Below, one piece after another: positions 40,507 through 49,727 of a DNA stretch of 64,000 bases. Under the pieces are notes generated by a model. That model was given only the letters and a program-made list of their open reading frames with translations. It was not told the origin of the DNA and made no database searches. Both the position numbers and the translations under genes were made by a program. The DNA is from Candidatus Pelethousia sp. (GTDB lineage: Bacteria > Bacillota > Clostridia > Christensenellales > CAG-138). The stretch lies in contig JAYFNX010000009.1 in assembly GCA_034933245.1 (NCBI GenBank), forward strand, positions 6,505 to 70,504, read 5' to 3'. How positions within the stretch are numbered: position 1 is the stretch's first letter; each line of letters begins with the position of its first letter.

Positions 40507-42285
40507 TTACTTGGTTACCACGGATACGCCGGTATCGATGACCTTTTCGGCGGGCTCGGTGCCCTCCAACGCGGCCACCGCCGCCTTCATGCCCTCATAG
40601 CCCATGGTCTCGGGGTTCTGCACCATGGTGGCGATAAGGTACCCGCCGCTGATGAGTTCCTTAATGTTATCGGAATTATCGAAGCCCACGCCGATCACAT
40701 CGGTACCCGCCTCCATGATGGCATTGCCCACGCCCACGGCGCTGCCTTCATTGGCGCCAAAGATGCCCACGCAGCCATCCACGATGAAGGCGGAAGCGGC
40801 GTCCTTGCTCTTGGCGGCGTCGCCATCGCAATACTGGGTCTCCTGCAGTTCAAAGGCCGTGCCTTCAAAGGCGGATCGGAAGCCCGCGTCCCGCTTCACG
40901 GTGGAATCCGTGGAAGCGTTTACGCTGACCACGCCGATTTTGCCGGCGGTGATGCCCTTATCCGCAAGGGCTTTGATCATGGTTTCGCCAGCGGTTTTGC
41001 CTGCGGCTTGGTTATCGGTGGAGAGGGTCTGGATGAAGGGCTCGAAAGTGGCCGGAGAATCCACATAAACGATCTGCACGCCCGCCGCGGAGGCTTCTTT
41101 GAGGGCATCATTGACAGCCTCGGGGCCGTTGGCCGCCAACAGAATCGCCTTGGCGCCGTTGGCAACCGCGTTGTTGATCATCTCAATTTGCTTTGCGTCG
41201 TCCTTCACGTCCGGCGCGGTCCACTGGTATTCCACATTGCCCAGCTCAGCGGCGGCCTTCTGGCAGCCCGCGTCGATATTGGTCCAATACTGATCCATCT
41301 GATCCATGGTGATCAGGAATACCTTATAGGTTTCGCCGGCTGCCGTGGTGCCGCCCAACGTCTCGGCGGTTACGACGGATACGCCGGTGTCGATGACCTG
41401 CTCGGCGGGCTCGGTGCCCTGCAAGGATGCCACGGCGGTCTTAAGGCCTTCATAGCCCATGGTTTCGGGGTTCTGCACCATGGTGGCGATGAGGTAGCCG
41501 CCCAGAATCAGCTCTTTGATGTTGTCGGAATTATCAAAGCCCACGCCGATCACATCGGTTCCCGCTTCCTTGATGGCATTGCCCACGCCCACGGCGCTGC
41601 CTTCGTTGGCGCCAAAGATGCCTGCGCAGCCATCCACGATGAAGGAGGAAGCGGCGTCCTTGCTCTTGGCGGCGTCGCCATCGCAATACTGGGTCTCCTG
41701 CAGCTCAAACTCTGTGCCTTCAAAAGCGGAGCGGAAGCCCGCATCCCGCTTCACGGTGGAATCCGTGGAAGCGTTTACGCTGACCACACCGATTTTGCCG
41801 GTGGTGATGCCCTTATCCGCAAGGGCTTTGATCATGGTTTCGCCCGCGGTTTTGCCTGCGGCCTGGTTGTCGGTGGAGAGGGTCTGCACAAAGGGCTCGA
41901 AGGTGGCCGGAGAATCCACATAGACGATCTTTACGCCTGCCGCGGAGGCTTCTTTGAGGGCATCATTGACAGCCTCGGGGCCGTTGGCCGCCAACAGAAT
42001 CGCCTTGGCGCCGTTGGCAACCGCGTTGTTGATCATTTCGATCTGCTTTGCATCGTCCTTTACATCCGGCGCCGTCCACTGGTATTCCACATTGCCCAAC
42101 TCGTCGGCGGCCTTCTTGCAGCCCGCGTCGATATTGGTCCAATATTGGTCCATCTGGTCCATGGTAATCAGGAATACCTTATAGGTTTCGCCGGACGCAG
42201 CCGTCTGGGAGGCCGGCTGCTGGCAGCCGGCGAACATACCCGCAACCAGTGCGAGCGCCAGCAAAATAGTCAAAGCCTTCTTCAT
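40507..42285 (-). CDS. sugar ABC transporter substrate-binding lipoprotein consisting of two tandem, near-identical binding modules
   Basis: ORF track, 592 aa. Signal peptide with lipobox (LVAGMFAGC), then a 285-aa unit (GETYKVFLITMDQ...VSVVT) repeated in frame. Confidence 0.85.
   Translation of the reverse strand: MKKALTILLALALVAGMFAGCQQPASQTAASGETYKVFLITMDQMDQYWTNIDAGCKKAADELGNVEYQWTAPDVKDDAKQIEMINNAVANGAKAILLAANGPEAVNDALKEASAAGVKIVYVDSPATFEPFVQTLSTDNQAAGKTAGETMIKALADKGITTGKIGVVSVNASTDSTVKRDAGFRSAFEGTEFELQETQYCDGDAAKSKDAASSFIVDGCAGIFGANEGSAVGVGNAIKEAGTDVIGVGFDNSDNIKELILGGYLIATMVQNPETMGYEGLKTAVASLQGTEPAEQVIDTGVSVVTAETLGGTTAAGETYKVFLITMDQMDQYWTNIDAGCQKAAAELGNVEYQWTAPDVKDDAKQIEMINNAVANGAKAILLAANGPEAVNDALKEASAAGVQIVYVDSPATFEPFIQTLSTDNQAAGKTAGETMIKALADKGITAGKIGVVSVNASTDSTVKRDAGFRSAFEGTAFELQETQYCDGDAAKSKDAASAFIVDGCVGIFGANEGSAVGVGNAIMEAGTDVIGVGFDNSDNIKELISGGYLIATMVQNPETMGYEGMKAAVAALEGTEPAEKVIDTGVSVVTK
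40510..41337. repeat. tandem duplication, copy encoding the C-terminal binding module
   Basis: Hand alignment to 41338-42192 shows an 855-bp period and 15 amino-acid differences over about 275 aligned residues. Confidence 0.9.
41338..42192. repeat. tandem duplication, copy encoding the N-terminal binding module
   Basis: See the partner repeat at 40510-41337. Confidence 0.9.
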
Positions 42286-42336
42286 GTTTTTTCCTCCTGT
42301 TAGTTTATTTTAGATTAAGAAACGATTTCTCGCCTC

Positions 42337-43356
42337 TTAAGCCTTTTTTCTTTTGCGCCCTTTGCGCACCACCACATCAATGAGCACGGAAAGCACCACG
42401 ATCACGCCCACCACGATATTCCGAAGGGCCACGGGTGCGCCTGCGAATTGCAACCCGTTTTGCAGCACACCCCAAACTGCCGCGCCAATAACAGTCCCTA
42501 GGAGGATGCCTTGCCCGCCCAAGGTAGATACGCCGCCGATAACGGATGCCGCCACGGCATAAAGCTCGTAGCTGTTGCCGGCATCCATGGTACCCTGGCC
42601 CACCGTGGCACAGGTGATAAACCCTACCACGCAGGCGCAAAAGGCGCTGATGCCATAGGCTTTGATGGTGGTAAGCGTGAGGTTTACGCCGGAAAGCCGA
42701 GCAGCCTCCATATTGCTACCCACGGCATAAATATGGCGTCCCGTACGGGTTTTGCTGAGGATGAAATTAAAGACCAGCCATAGCACCACGGCAATCAGAA
42801 TGCCGTTATATACGCCAAGGGTCTTGCCGTAATAGAAGATATCCTTAAACCGTTGGGCTGCCTCCGGGAAAAACTTCATGATGGAATCCGTATTATAGTT
42901 GTTGTTCACGATTTGTGCAATACCCCGGGCAATGGTCATGGTGCCCAAGGTAGCAATGAAAGGAGGCAGCTTGCATTGCGCCACAAGGAAACCGTTGGTT
43001 ACGCCGATGGTCAGGCAACACACAAGGGTAACGAGAATGGCCGGGATGGGGCTTAAAATACCCCGGGACATGAGCGTGGCGGCGATCATCGTGCTCATGC
43101 CCACCACGGAACCAATGGAAAGGTCGATATTGCCCGTGATAAGCACATAGCTCTGGGCAATGCCGATGAGCAGGATGGGGGCGATCTGCCGTAAAAGGTT
43201 GGTGATGTTTGCCTTGGACACGAAGTTTTCATTGATCATGCCGAACACCACGCATAGCACCACCAGGCCCGCGCCCACCGTTACAACTTGCCCCATGCCG
43301 CGTATGGCCATCAGCCTTTTCAAGGGATTGGCTCTTTTCGTTGCTTGTTTTTCCAT
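42337..43356 (-). CDS. sugar ABC transporter permease (ribose/xylose type)
   Basis: ORF track, 339 aa, polytopic, RbsC/AraH-like sequence. Confidence 0.85.
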   Translation of the reverse strand: MEKQATKRANPLKRLMAIRGMGQVVTVGAGLVVLCVVFGMINENFVSKANITNLLRQIAPILLIGIAQSYVLITGNIDLSIGSVVGMSTMIAATLMSRGILSPIPAILVTLVCCLTIGVTNGFLVAQCKLPPFIATLGTMTIARGIAQIVNNNYNTDSIMKFFPEAAQRFKDIFYYGKTLGVYNGILIAVVLWLVFNFILSKTRTGRHIYAVGSNMEAARLSGVNLTLTTIKAYGISAFCACVVGFITCATVGQGTMDAGNSYELYAVAASVIGGVSTLGGQGILLGTVIGAAVWGVLQNGLQFAGAPVALRNIVVGVIVVLSVLIDVVVRKGRKRKKA

Positions 43357-43367
43357 GACTGGCTCCT

Positions 43368-44897
43368 TTATGCTAGCTGCGCTGTTTTTGCTTCGTCGAA
43401 CTTGTTTTCAAACCGGGTGGCGAGCTCCAAAATCTTGTTTTGGGTGGCCTCGGCAATGTCCAGCTCCCCGGTGATCCTCCCGTCGCACATCACCAGGATG
43501 CGGTCTGCGATACCCAGCACCTCCGGCATTTCCGAGGATGCGAACAGCACGCCGATGCCCCGCCTTTTCAGTTCGTTCATGAGATTGTAGATCTCCACCT
43601 TGGCCGCCACGTCGATGCCGCGGGTTGGTTCATCAAAAATAACAACTTTGCTGTCCCGGGCCAGCCATTTGGCAACCACCACCTTCTGCTGGTTGCCGCC
43701 GGAAAGGCTGGCGGCTTCCACATCGGCGTTGGGCATGCGAATGGTTAGATCGGCCGTGGCCCGCTCTACCATCTGCGTCTCTTTCTTGCGGTTTACCACA
43801 CTCAGTTTGTCACAGAGAATATCCAGGTTGGGCAAGGCGATGTTTTCCCGCACGGAAAGGCGGGTGCAAAGGCCATCCTTCTTGCGGTCCTCAGGTGCCA
43901 AAACGATGCCCTTGCGAATAGCATCCATAGGCTTATGGATGGCGATGGGCTTTCCCTCCAATCGGACTTCTCCGCTCTCTTTCGGATCCACGCCAAAAAG
44001 CGCCCTGGTCATCTCGGTGCGCCCGGCCCCCATCAATCCTGCGATGCCCACGATCTCCCCTGCCCGCAGGGAGAAGCTTACATCCCGCACCATGCGGCCC
44101 GCATTGAGGCTTTTGACTTCCAGAAGCATATCGCCCAGCGGGCAATCTACCCGGGGAAATTTTTCCTTAATCTCCCGCCCCACCATGCTTTCGATAATGC
44201 TTTCCATGGTAATATCTTGAAAATTTGCTTCCAGAATGAATTTACCATCCCGCATGATGGTTACACGATCCACAATATGATGGAGCTCATCCAGCCGGTG
44301 GGAAATATACACGATGCTGCACCCTTCATCCCGTAGCTGGCGGATGATGGCGAAGAGCTCCTCAATTTCCTTGCTGGTAAGGGCGCTGGTGGGTTCATCC
44401 ATAATGAGAATTCTGGCGTTTGTGGAAAGCGCCTTGGCGATTTCCACCATTTGCTGTTTGGAGACGGCTAAATCCCCAACCACCGTATCGGGGTCGATCT
44501 TGATTTTGAGCTTATCCAAAATAGCTTTGGACGCTTGATACATCTCCCGGTTGGAAAGGACGGCGCCCTTGCGCTTTTCCCGGCCCAGGAAGATGTTCTC
44601 CGCCACCGTCAGATGGGGGCACATATTCAATTCCTGATGGATGATGGCAATGCCGTGCTCCCGGGCCGTCGTGGGCGTAAGATCCCCTTTTATTTCCCCG
44701 CCAAATAGGTGAATGCTGCCTTCGTCCCGGGTATACACGCCGGATAGAATTTTGACCAGCGTGGATTTGCCCGCGCCGTTTTCGCCCAAAAGGGCCATAA
44801 CCTCGCCCGGCCCCACATGGAAATCCACATCATCCAAGGCCTTCACGCCGGGAAAGCTTTTGGATATATGCCGCATCTCAACAATATATTGTGCCAT
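43368..44897 (-). CDS. sugar ABC transporter ATP-binding protein (two intact NBDs)
   Basis: ORF track, 509 aa. GENGAGKST, ILIMDEPTSAL, GLMGAGRTE, VVIFDEPTRGID. Confidence 0.9.
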   Translation of the reverse strand: MAQYIVEMRHISKSFPGVKALDDVDFHVGPGEVMALLGENGAGKSTLVKILSGVYTRDEGSIHLFGGEIKGDLTPTTAREHGIAIIHQELNMCPHLTVAENIFLGREKRKGAVLSNREMYQASKAILDKLKIKIDPDTVVGDLAVSKQQMVEIAKALSTNARILIMDEPTSALTSKEIEELFAIIRQLRDEGCSIVYISHRLDELHHIVDRVTIMRDGKFILEANFQDITMESIIESMVGREIKEKFPRVDCPLGDMLLEVKSLNAGRMVRDVSFSLRAGEIVGIAGLMGAGRTEMTRALFGVDPKESGEVRLEGKPIAIHKPMDAIRKGIVLAPEDRKKDGLCTRLSVRENIALPNLDILCDKLSVVNRKKETQMVERATADLTIRMPNADVEAASLSGGNQQKVVVAKWLARDSKVVIFDEPTRGIDVAAKVEIYNLMNELKRRGIGVLFASSEMPEVLGIADRILVMCDGRITGELDIAEATQNKILELATRFENKFDEAKTAQLA

Positions 44898-44920
44898 GCT
44901 TATCCCCTGTTTGTATGAAT

Positions 44921-44938
44921 TTAGAAAGTTTAGAAAGT
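44921..44938. repeat. tandem 9-bp repeat (TTAGAAAGT x2) just upstream of the ABC operon start codon
   Basis: Read directly. Lies 24-41 nt upstream of the ATPase ATG on the minus strand. Confidence 0.6.
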
Positions 44939-44940
44939 TT

Positions 44941-44980
44941 AAAAATCCGAAAGAAAAACAACAGAACTTGCTCTGTTGTT
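44941..44980 (-). terminator. rho-independent terminator of the two-component/pseudo-ATPase operon
   Basis: AACAACAGA-(6 nt)-TCTGTTGTT, followed on the minus-strand RNA by UUUCUUUCGGAUUUUU. Confidence 0.7.
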
Positions 44981-45034
44981 ATCATAGCATTCGGCACGTT
45001 GAAACCATAAGGGGCATTCTTTGGTTTTTTAGGG

Positions 45035-46411
45035 CTATTTTTTAGGACTTGCGAGGATTCGCTCCGCGATGGATGCCGCGCCCGAGATGCCGGAGGATAG
45101 AACGATTACGGCGATGTTTCGATCCCGCAGCATATCCATCAGGCCCACCACATGCTGGCGCAAGGAAAGGTCAATGGCATCGAAGGGTTTCACGCACAGC
45201 ACCGCCGCAGGGTGCTGAAAGGATATGCGGCAATAGGCCAGCGTATAGAGCTCCTGAATGGAGAGCGTCCGGATATCTTGGGCAAAAATGCTCTCCCCGG
45301 TCATAGCATAATATTCCTTTATTACGCTTTTGCGGATGCGCCCGCAAAGCCAGATCCCCGGCATGCGTCGGTCTGCGGTAAAGCAAAGATTGTCCAGATA
45401 GGAAAGGTCGGGAAAGAGCATGTGCTGCACCGGCTTTTCACCGATAACCGCCACGCTGCGGTAGGGGATGCGGGGCACAGTGCTTCCCCGTATGGCCAAG
45501 GTGCCCGCTTTGGGTGCCATGATTCCCAAGGCCAGGGATACGATATCCTCCGCCGCGTCATCATCCGCCAGCAGGGCCGCGCACTCCCCCGGATACACGG
45601 AAAAAGACAGGTCGTGCAGACTCGCCGTATACACGTTGGAAAAGGCAAGAGCCGGCAGGTGTTCCCAATCCGGCTCCCTGGTGAGGGGCTTAGGCTGCCG
45701 GGAACGGCGCTGGGGGAAAGCGAGTTCGCCGCCATAAGGCTCCGCGAGCTTTTGGATTTTTCCGTTCTCCAGCACGGCAACCCGGTCGCACAGGTCCAGA
45801 AGTTCTTTTTCATGGCTGCATACATATAGGAACGAAACGCCGCGCTGGGTATAGCGCCGCATGAGGCGCTGGATGTTTGCCAGCTCCCTCTCGCTTAGGA
45901 AGCTGCTCATGTCCCGCATAATGATCAGGCGCTTGCCCGTGTTCACGGCCCGGAGCATCTCCACCACGCAGCGTTCATAGGCCGAAAGCTGGTCCACATA
46001 GCAATCCCCCCGGATGGGCACGCCCAGCTCTTGGGCATAAAGCCGGAAGCTTTTGTGAAGCCGCCGGGAAGGAATTACATAGCTTTTAAAGCTGCCCCGC
46101 AGCACAAACACATTATCCGCCACCGTAAGGGAATCTACCAGCCGTGAGGATTTTTCAATGATAGCCGTGGGGTTTTCATCCATCCCGCTGTGCTTATAAT
46201 CGTTCACGGGCCGCTCAAAAAAATAGACGCGGCCGAAATGCAGGGGCGTATTGACCATCATAAGGCTGATGAGGGTTTCGAGCCCTACGTCGTTGATACA
46301 AAGAAGGCCCATGATCTCCCCGCTGAAAATATGGAGGTTCACATTGTTGAGCAGCGTGGCCCCATCCTCCAGGCAGCTCACCCGCTCCATGCGCAAAAGC
46401 TCTTCTCTCAT
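45035..46411 (-). CDS. double ABC-ATPase-fold protein with both nucleotide-binding sites degenerate (pseudo-ATPase)
   Basis: ORF track, 458 aa, colinear with the 509-aa ATPase. Walker A GENGAGKST becomes CINDVGLET, Walker B ILIMDEPT becomes LIIMRDMS, second Walker A GLMGAGRTE becomes LADDDAAED, and VVIFDEPT becomes VLCVKPFD. Confidence 0.75.
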   Translation of the reverse strand: MREELLRMERVSCLEDGATLLNNVNLHIFSGEIMGLLCINDVGLETLISLMMVNTPLHFGRVYFFERPVNDYKHSGMDENPTAIIEKSSRLVDSLTVADNVFVLRGSFKSYVIPSRRLHKSFRLYAQELGVPIRGDCYVDQLSAYERCVVEMLRAVNTGKRLIIMRDMSSFLSERELANIQRLMRRYTQRGVSFLYVCSHEKELLDLCDRVAVLENGKIQKLAEPYGGELAFPQRRSRQPKPLTREPDWEHLPALAFSNVYTASLHDLSFSVYPGECAALLADDDAAEDIVSLALGIMAPKAGTLAIRGSTVPRIPYRSVAVIGEKPVQHMLFPDLSYLDNLCFTADRRMPGIWLCGRIRKSVIKEYYAMTGESIFAQDIRTLSIQELYTLAYCRISFQHPAAVLCVKPFDAIDLSLRQHVVGLMDMLRDRNIAVIVLSSGISGAASIAERILASPKK

Positions 46412-47460
46412 ACCATGCTTCGCCTAGCCGTGCCTTCCGCCACGCGCCGCGCCTCCTGATCATCCAAGGTTCTGGGGAGCGTGACACGCACATCCGTGCC
46501 TTCCCCCTCTACACTGTAGATATAGATGCCGTATTCCTCCCCAAAGAGCAGCTTAATCCGGTTGTTCACGTTGATGAGGGCGATGCCGCCATAGCTCCTT
46601 TGCCATTGGGCCGTCTCAAAATATGCCGCGTTCAGATGGGCATTCAGGGCGTCCAGCTTGGCCTCTTGCATACCTACGCCGTTGTCCGATACGGTGATGA
46701 GCAGGCGCGTGTTGGTGAGCTCCAGGCGGATGCGCAAAAGCCCGTCGGAAAGCCGCTGCTCCAGGCCGTGTACAATGGCGTTCTCGGCAATGGGCTGCAG
46801 GGTAAGCTTGAGGAGGCGGCAGCGCAGCAGTTCCTGCTTATCCGCCTCGTCATATTCGATGCGCATTTCCAGCCTCTCCCCAAAGCGGTATTGCTGGATG
46901 TGGAAATAGTTCTCCACGTTATGGAGTTCTTCCTCCAAAGAGACAAGATTTTCCAGGTTGCTTATGGTATAGCGGAAGAAGGTAGAAAGAGCCTCCGTCA
47001 TCTCCGCGATATCCTTTGCCCCGGCAATGAGCGCATCGCTGCGGATGCCTTCCAGGGTGTTGTAAAGAAAATGGGGGTTGATCTGGTTCTGCAGGGCCAA
47101 ATATTGGGCTTGCCGCTTGCTGGCGCTGATGAATTCCTTTGTGGCGAAGATGTTCCGGATTCTGCCGATGGCCGCCTCTGTGCCCGGGCTGAAGGGATAG
47201 CGCATGTCCAGCGTATCCTCCACGGTATACCCGGCGGCGAAAAGGGTGAGCAGTTTTTCGGTCTCCCGGTATGGTTTATAAACATAGGCGTAGACGGCAA
47301 CGCTCTCCATCGCCAGCACTCCCAAGGGCAACAGTACGGCCAGATAGCTCGTTTGCACCCAATAAAAAGCCACCATGGCCGCCATGGCCAAAAGCGCCGA
47401 AAAAAGGACGGCCAGCAGAAGGATCCGGGCGCTTATATAGCGTTTTATCTTGAACCGCAT
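46408..47460 (-). CDS. sensor histidine kinase (YesM/LytS His_kinase type) with two TM helices and essentially no external loop
   Basis: ORF track, 350 aa. H-box QINPHFLYNTL and an ATPase domain (...DNGVGM...GIAL.NV..R...). Confidence 0.85.
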   Translation of the reverse strand: MRFKIKRYISARILLLAVLFSALLAMAAMVAFYWVQTSYLAVLLPLGVLAMESVAVYAYVYKPYRETEKLLTLFAAGYTVEDTLDMRYPFSPGTEAAIGRIRNIFATKEFISASKRQAQYLALQNQINPHFLYNTLEGIRSDALIAGAKDIAEMTEALSTFFRYTISNLENLVSLEEELHNVENYFHIQQYRFGERLEMRIEYDEADKQELLRCRLLKLTLQPIAENAIVHGLEQRLSDGLLRIRLELTNTRLLITVSDNGVGMQEAKLDALNAHLNAAYFETAQWQRSYGGIALINVNNRIKLLFGEEYGIYIYSVEGEGTDVRVTLPRTLDDQEARRVAEGTARRSMV

Positions 47461-47464
47461 GGCA

Positions 47465-49078
47465 TTAAGAATACAGCTTGCGGAATTCAGTGGGTGTCAC
47501 GCTGGCAAGCTTTTTGAAGGTACGGTTAAAATGCTTCAGGTCCACATAGCCCACACGGGTGCAGATGTCCGCCACGGATAAGTCCGTTCCCCGCAAAAGC
47601 TCCTTGGCTTTTGCAATGCGCACGCCGGAAAGATATTCCAGAAAGGTTTCGCCGCATTCTTTCTTAAACAGCACGCTAAAATAGCTGGGGTTAAACCCGG
47701 CGACCCCCGCAATTTCCTCCAGGGTAACCGGTTCCCGGTAATGTTCCAGAATATAGCGCCGCGCATTGCCGATGGGCCGCGTTACGGCTTCGCGCAGGGC
47801 GCTGCGCTGCATGGCCAAATGGCCCGCTATTTTACCCGAAAGCAAAGCGAATACGCCCGCCGCATCGTGAACCAGCTCCAGTTGTTCTTCAAAATCCCCA
47901 TAGGCCGTCTCTATGGCGTCCGCGGGGCCGTAAAGCGTGCGCATCATGGCTAAAAATAGCGAAAATGCGCCTTCCGCCGCCTGCAGCAGGGCCGTCCCGC
48001 TTAACGCGGGCGTCGTCATAACGCGCTCCCTAAATTCATGCAAAAGGGGCAGAACCGCATCTTCATCCAGGCGTTCCACAATGGAGCTAAGCTGCATTTT
48101 AAAATCCCCTTGCAAAACATCCCGATCCGGGGCACCGGTCGAATACCCTTCCAGCACATGCAAGCCGGCGGTATCCACCAGCCTTTGGTTAACCGCCTGC
48201 AGCGCATCCTCCAAAGAGCACGGCAGGGCATCCAGGCTTTTCTTTACCGTGCCCAGGCCCAACGTAATTTCCGTCTGCCGGAATACATCCTTCTGCGCGT
48301 TCATTTCGTTGGAAAAGGCTAGGACTTGCCGCCGCAGGCCGCCCTCCTGCTTTGCTTCATAATTGGCAAATCCAAGAATGCGGGTGCGTTGGTAAAAGCA
48401 AGCCTGCTCCATACACAATGGGTGGAGGTACCGGTGCAGCAATTCCGCCAGCTTATCCCGCAAAACCGTGCAGGCAGCCTCCGTATACTCCTTTTCGCAC
48501 GGAAAATCCAGCTTCACCACATAGGCGCGGAAAAGGCCTGGGCCGAATTGGTAATGATAGCGGCCGTTTGCCTCTTTATAGGAAAGCGAGGCCTGCCGTG
48601 TGGGATTGAGCAGCCAATCCCCAAAAAACATGGCGCGAAGCTGATCGCTATCCTGGTCAATCCTGGATAGCAGGGTGCGCTCCCGGGCTACTTCCTGGGT
48701 ACGCAGCAAATACCGCCATCGGATTTTTTCCAGGGTGCCTTCCAGCTCCTCCTTGTTCACAGGCTTAAGCAGATAGGCGTTTGCGCCGTACTTAATGGCT
48801 TCCTGGGCATATTCAAAATCCCGGTAGCCGCTGATAATCACGATTTCGGCATTGGGACAAAAATCCCGGATTTTTCCAATAAGGGTCAGCCCATCCAGCC
48901 CGGGCATGCGGATATCCGTAACCACCAGATCCGGCTGTTCCCGCTCTACGCAAGCATAGGCCTGCAGGCCATCGTGGGCCGTGGCCACGATTTGCATGCC
49001 AAAGGCGGACCAGTCCACAATATTGCAAATCAGGTTACAAACCCTGACTTCGTCATCGGCAACCAAAACCTTGATCAT
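47465..49078 (-). CDS. response regulator with an AraC-type DNA-binding domain (YesN-like)
   Basis: ORF 47465..49243, start MIKVLVADDE at 49078. Receiver domain with DIRMPGLDG. C-terminal AraC HTH (...GFNPSYFSVLFKKECG.TF.EYL...). Confidence 0.9.
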   Translation of the reverse strand: MIKVLVADDEVRVCNLICNIVDWSAFGMQIVATAHDGLQAYACVEREQPDLVVTDIRMPGLDGLTLIGKIRDFCPNAEIVIISGYRDFEYAQEAIKYGANAYLLKPVNKEELEGTLEKIRWRYLLRTQEVARERTLLSRIDQDSDQLRAMFFGDWLLNPTRQASLSYKEANGRYHYQFGPGLFRAYVVKLDFPCEKEYTEAACTVLRDKLAELLHRYLHPLCMEQACFYQRTRILGFANYEAKQEGGLRRQVLAFSNEMNAQKDVFRQTEITLGLGTVKKSLDALPCSLEDALQAVNQRLVDTAGLHVLEGYSTGAPDRDVLQGDFKMQLSSIVERLDEDAVLPLLHEFRERVMTTPALSGTALLQAAEGAFSLFLAMMRTLYGPADAIETAYGDFEEQLELVHDAAGVFALLSGKIAGHLAMQRSALREAVTRPIGNARRYILEHYREPVTLEEIAGVAGFNPSYFSVLFKKECGETFLEYLSGVRIAKAKELLRGTDLSVADICTRVGYVDLKHFNRTFKKLASVTPTEFRKLYS

Positions 49079-49385
49079 TCCCATGCCTCGCTTTATCCTT
49101 TTCGTCGTATGAGAACCTTGATGAGAGTTATCGAATCGTACCGTATAAATACGGGCGGCGCGGATACGGCCAAGCCCTGCTGGTATCATGTATATAGTAG
49201 CATATGGCGGCACATCCGGCAAACCAAACAAGAGAGCAGCCACCGGCCCTCCCGCCTATATGTGCGGGCAAATGGTATAAGCGATCCGTTCCTGCCACTC
49301 TACGCAACGTTGCTTGCAGAATGGAAACGCGGGGTTTATTTTAAGGATAGCATGGCGTTTCCCCGCCTGGAAAGGATAAGGAGCG

Positions 49386-49727
49386 ATGGAAAATAAGAAA
49401 GAACTGAAGGATTTCTATAAAAGCAGGGTCATCGTTGGTGGCGTCTACCGTATTACGTGCAGCGGGAGCGGCCGTACATGGCTAAAATCCACAAAGGATC
49501 TGCAAGGGCAGGCAAACAAGTTTCGTTTTGCCATACAAAATCATACATGCCCGGAGCCCGGTATGCGGGCAGACTGGCTACAGCACGGCGCGGCGTCTTT
49601 TTCTTTTGCGATCCTGGAGGAGTTGGAAAAAGGGAATACCCAAACGGATGCGGAATTTTCCGAAGATATCCGCACTTTGTTTAAAATGTGGCTGGAAAAA
49701 TCAGAAAACGGGAGCTTGGGACAATGA
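49386..49727 (+). CDS. small GIY-YIG-like family protein
   Basis: ORF track, 113 aa, ...GGVYRITC..SGRTWLKSTKDLQGQANKFRF... FSFAILEELEK... Confidence 0.6.
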   Translation: MENKKELKDFYKSRVIVGGVYRITCSGSGRTWLKSTKDLQGQANKFRFAIQNHTCPEPGMRADWLQHGAASFSFAILEELEKGNTQTDAEFSEDIRTLFKMWLEKSENGSLGQ

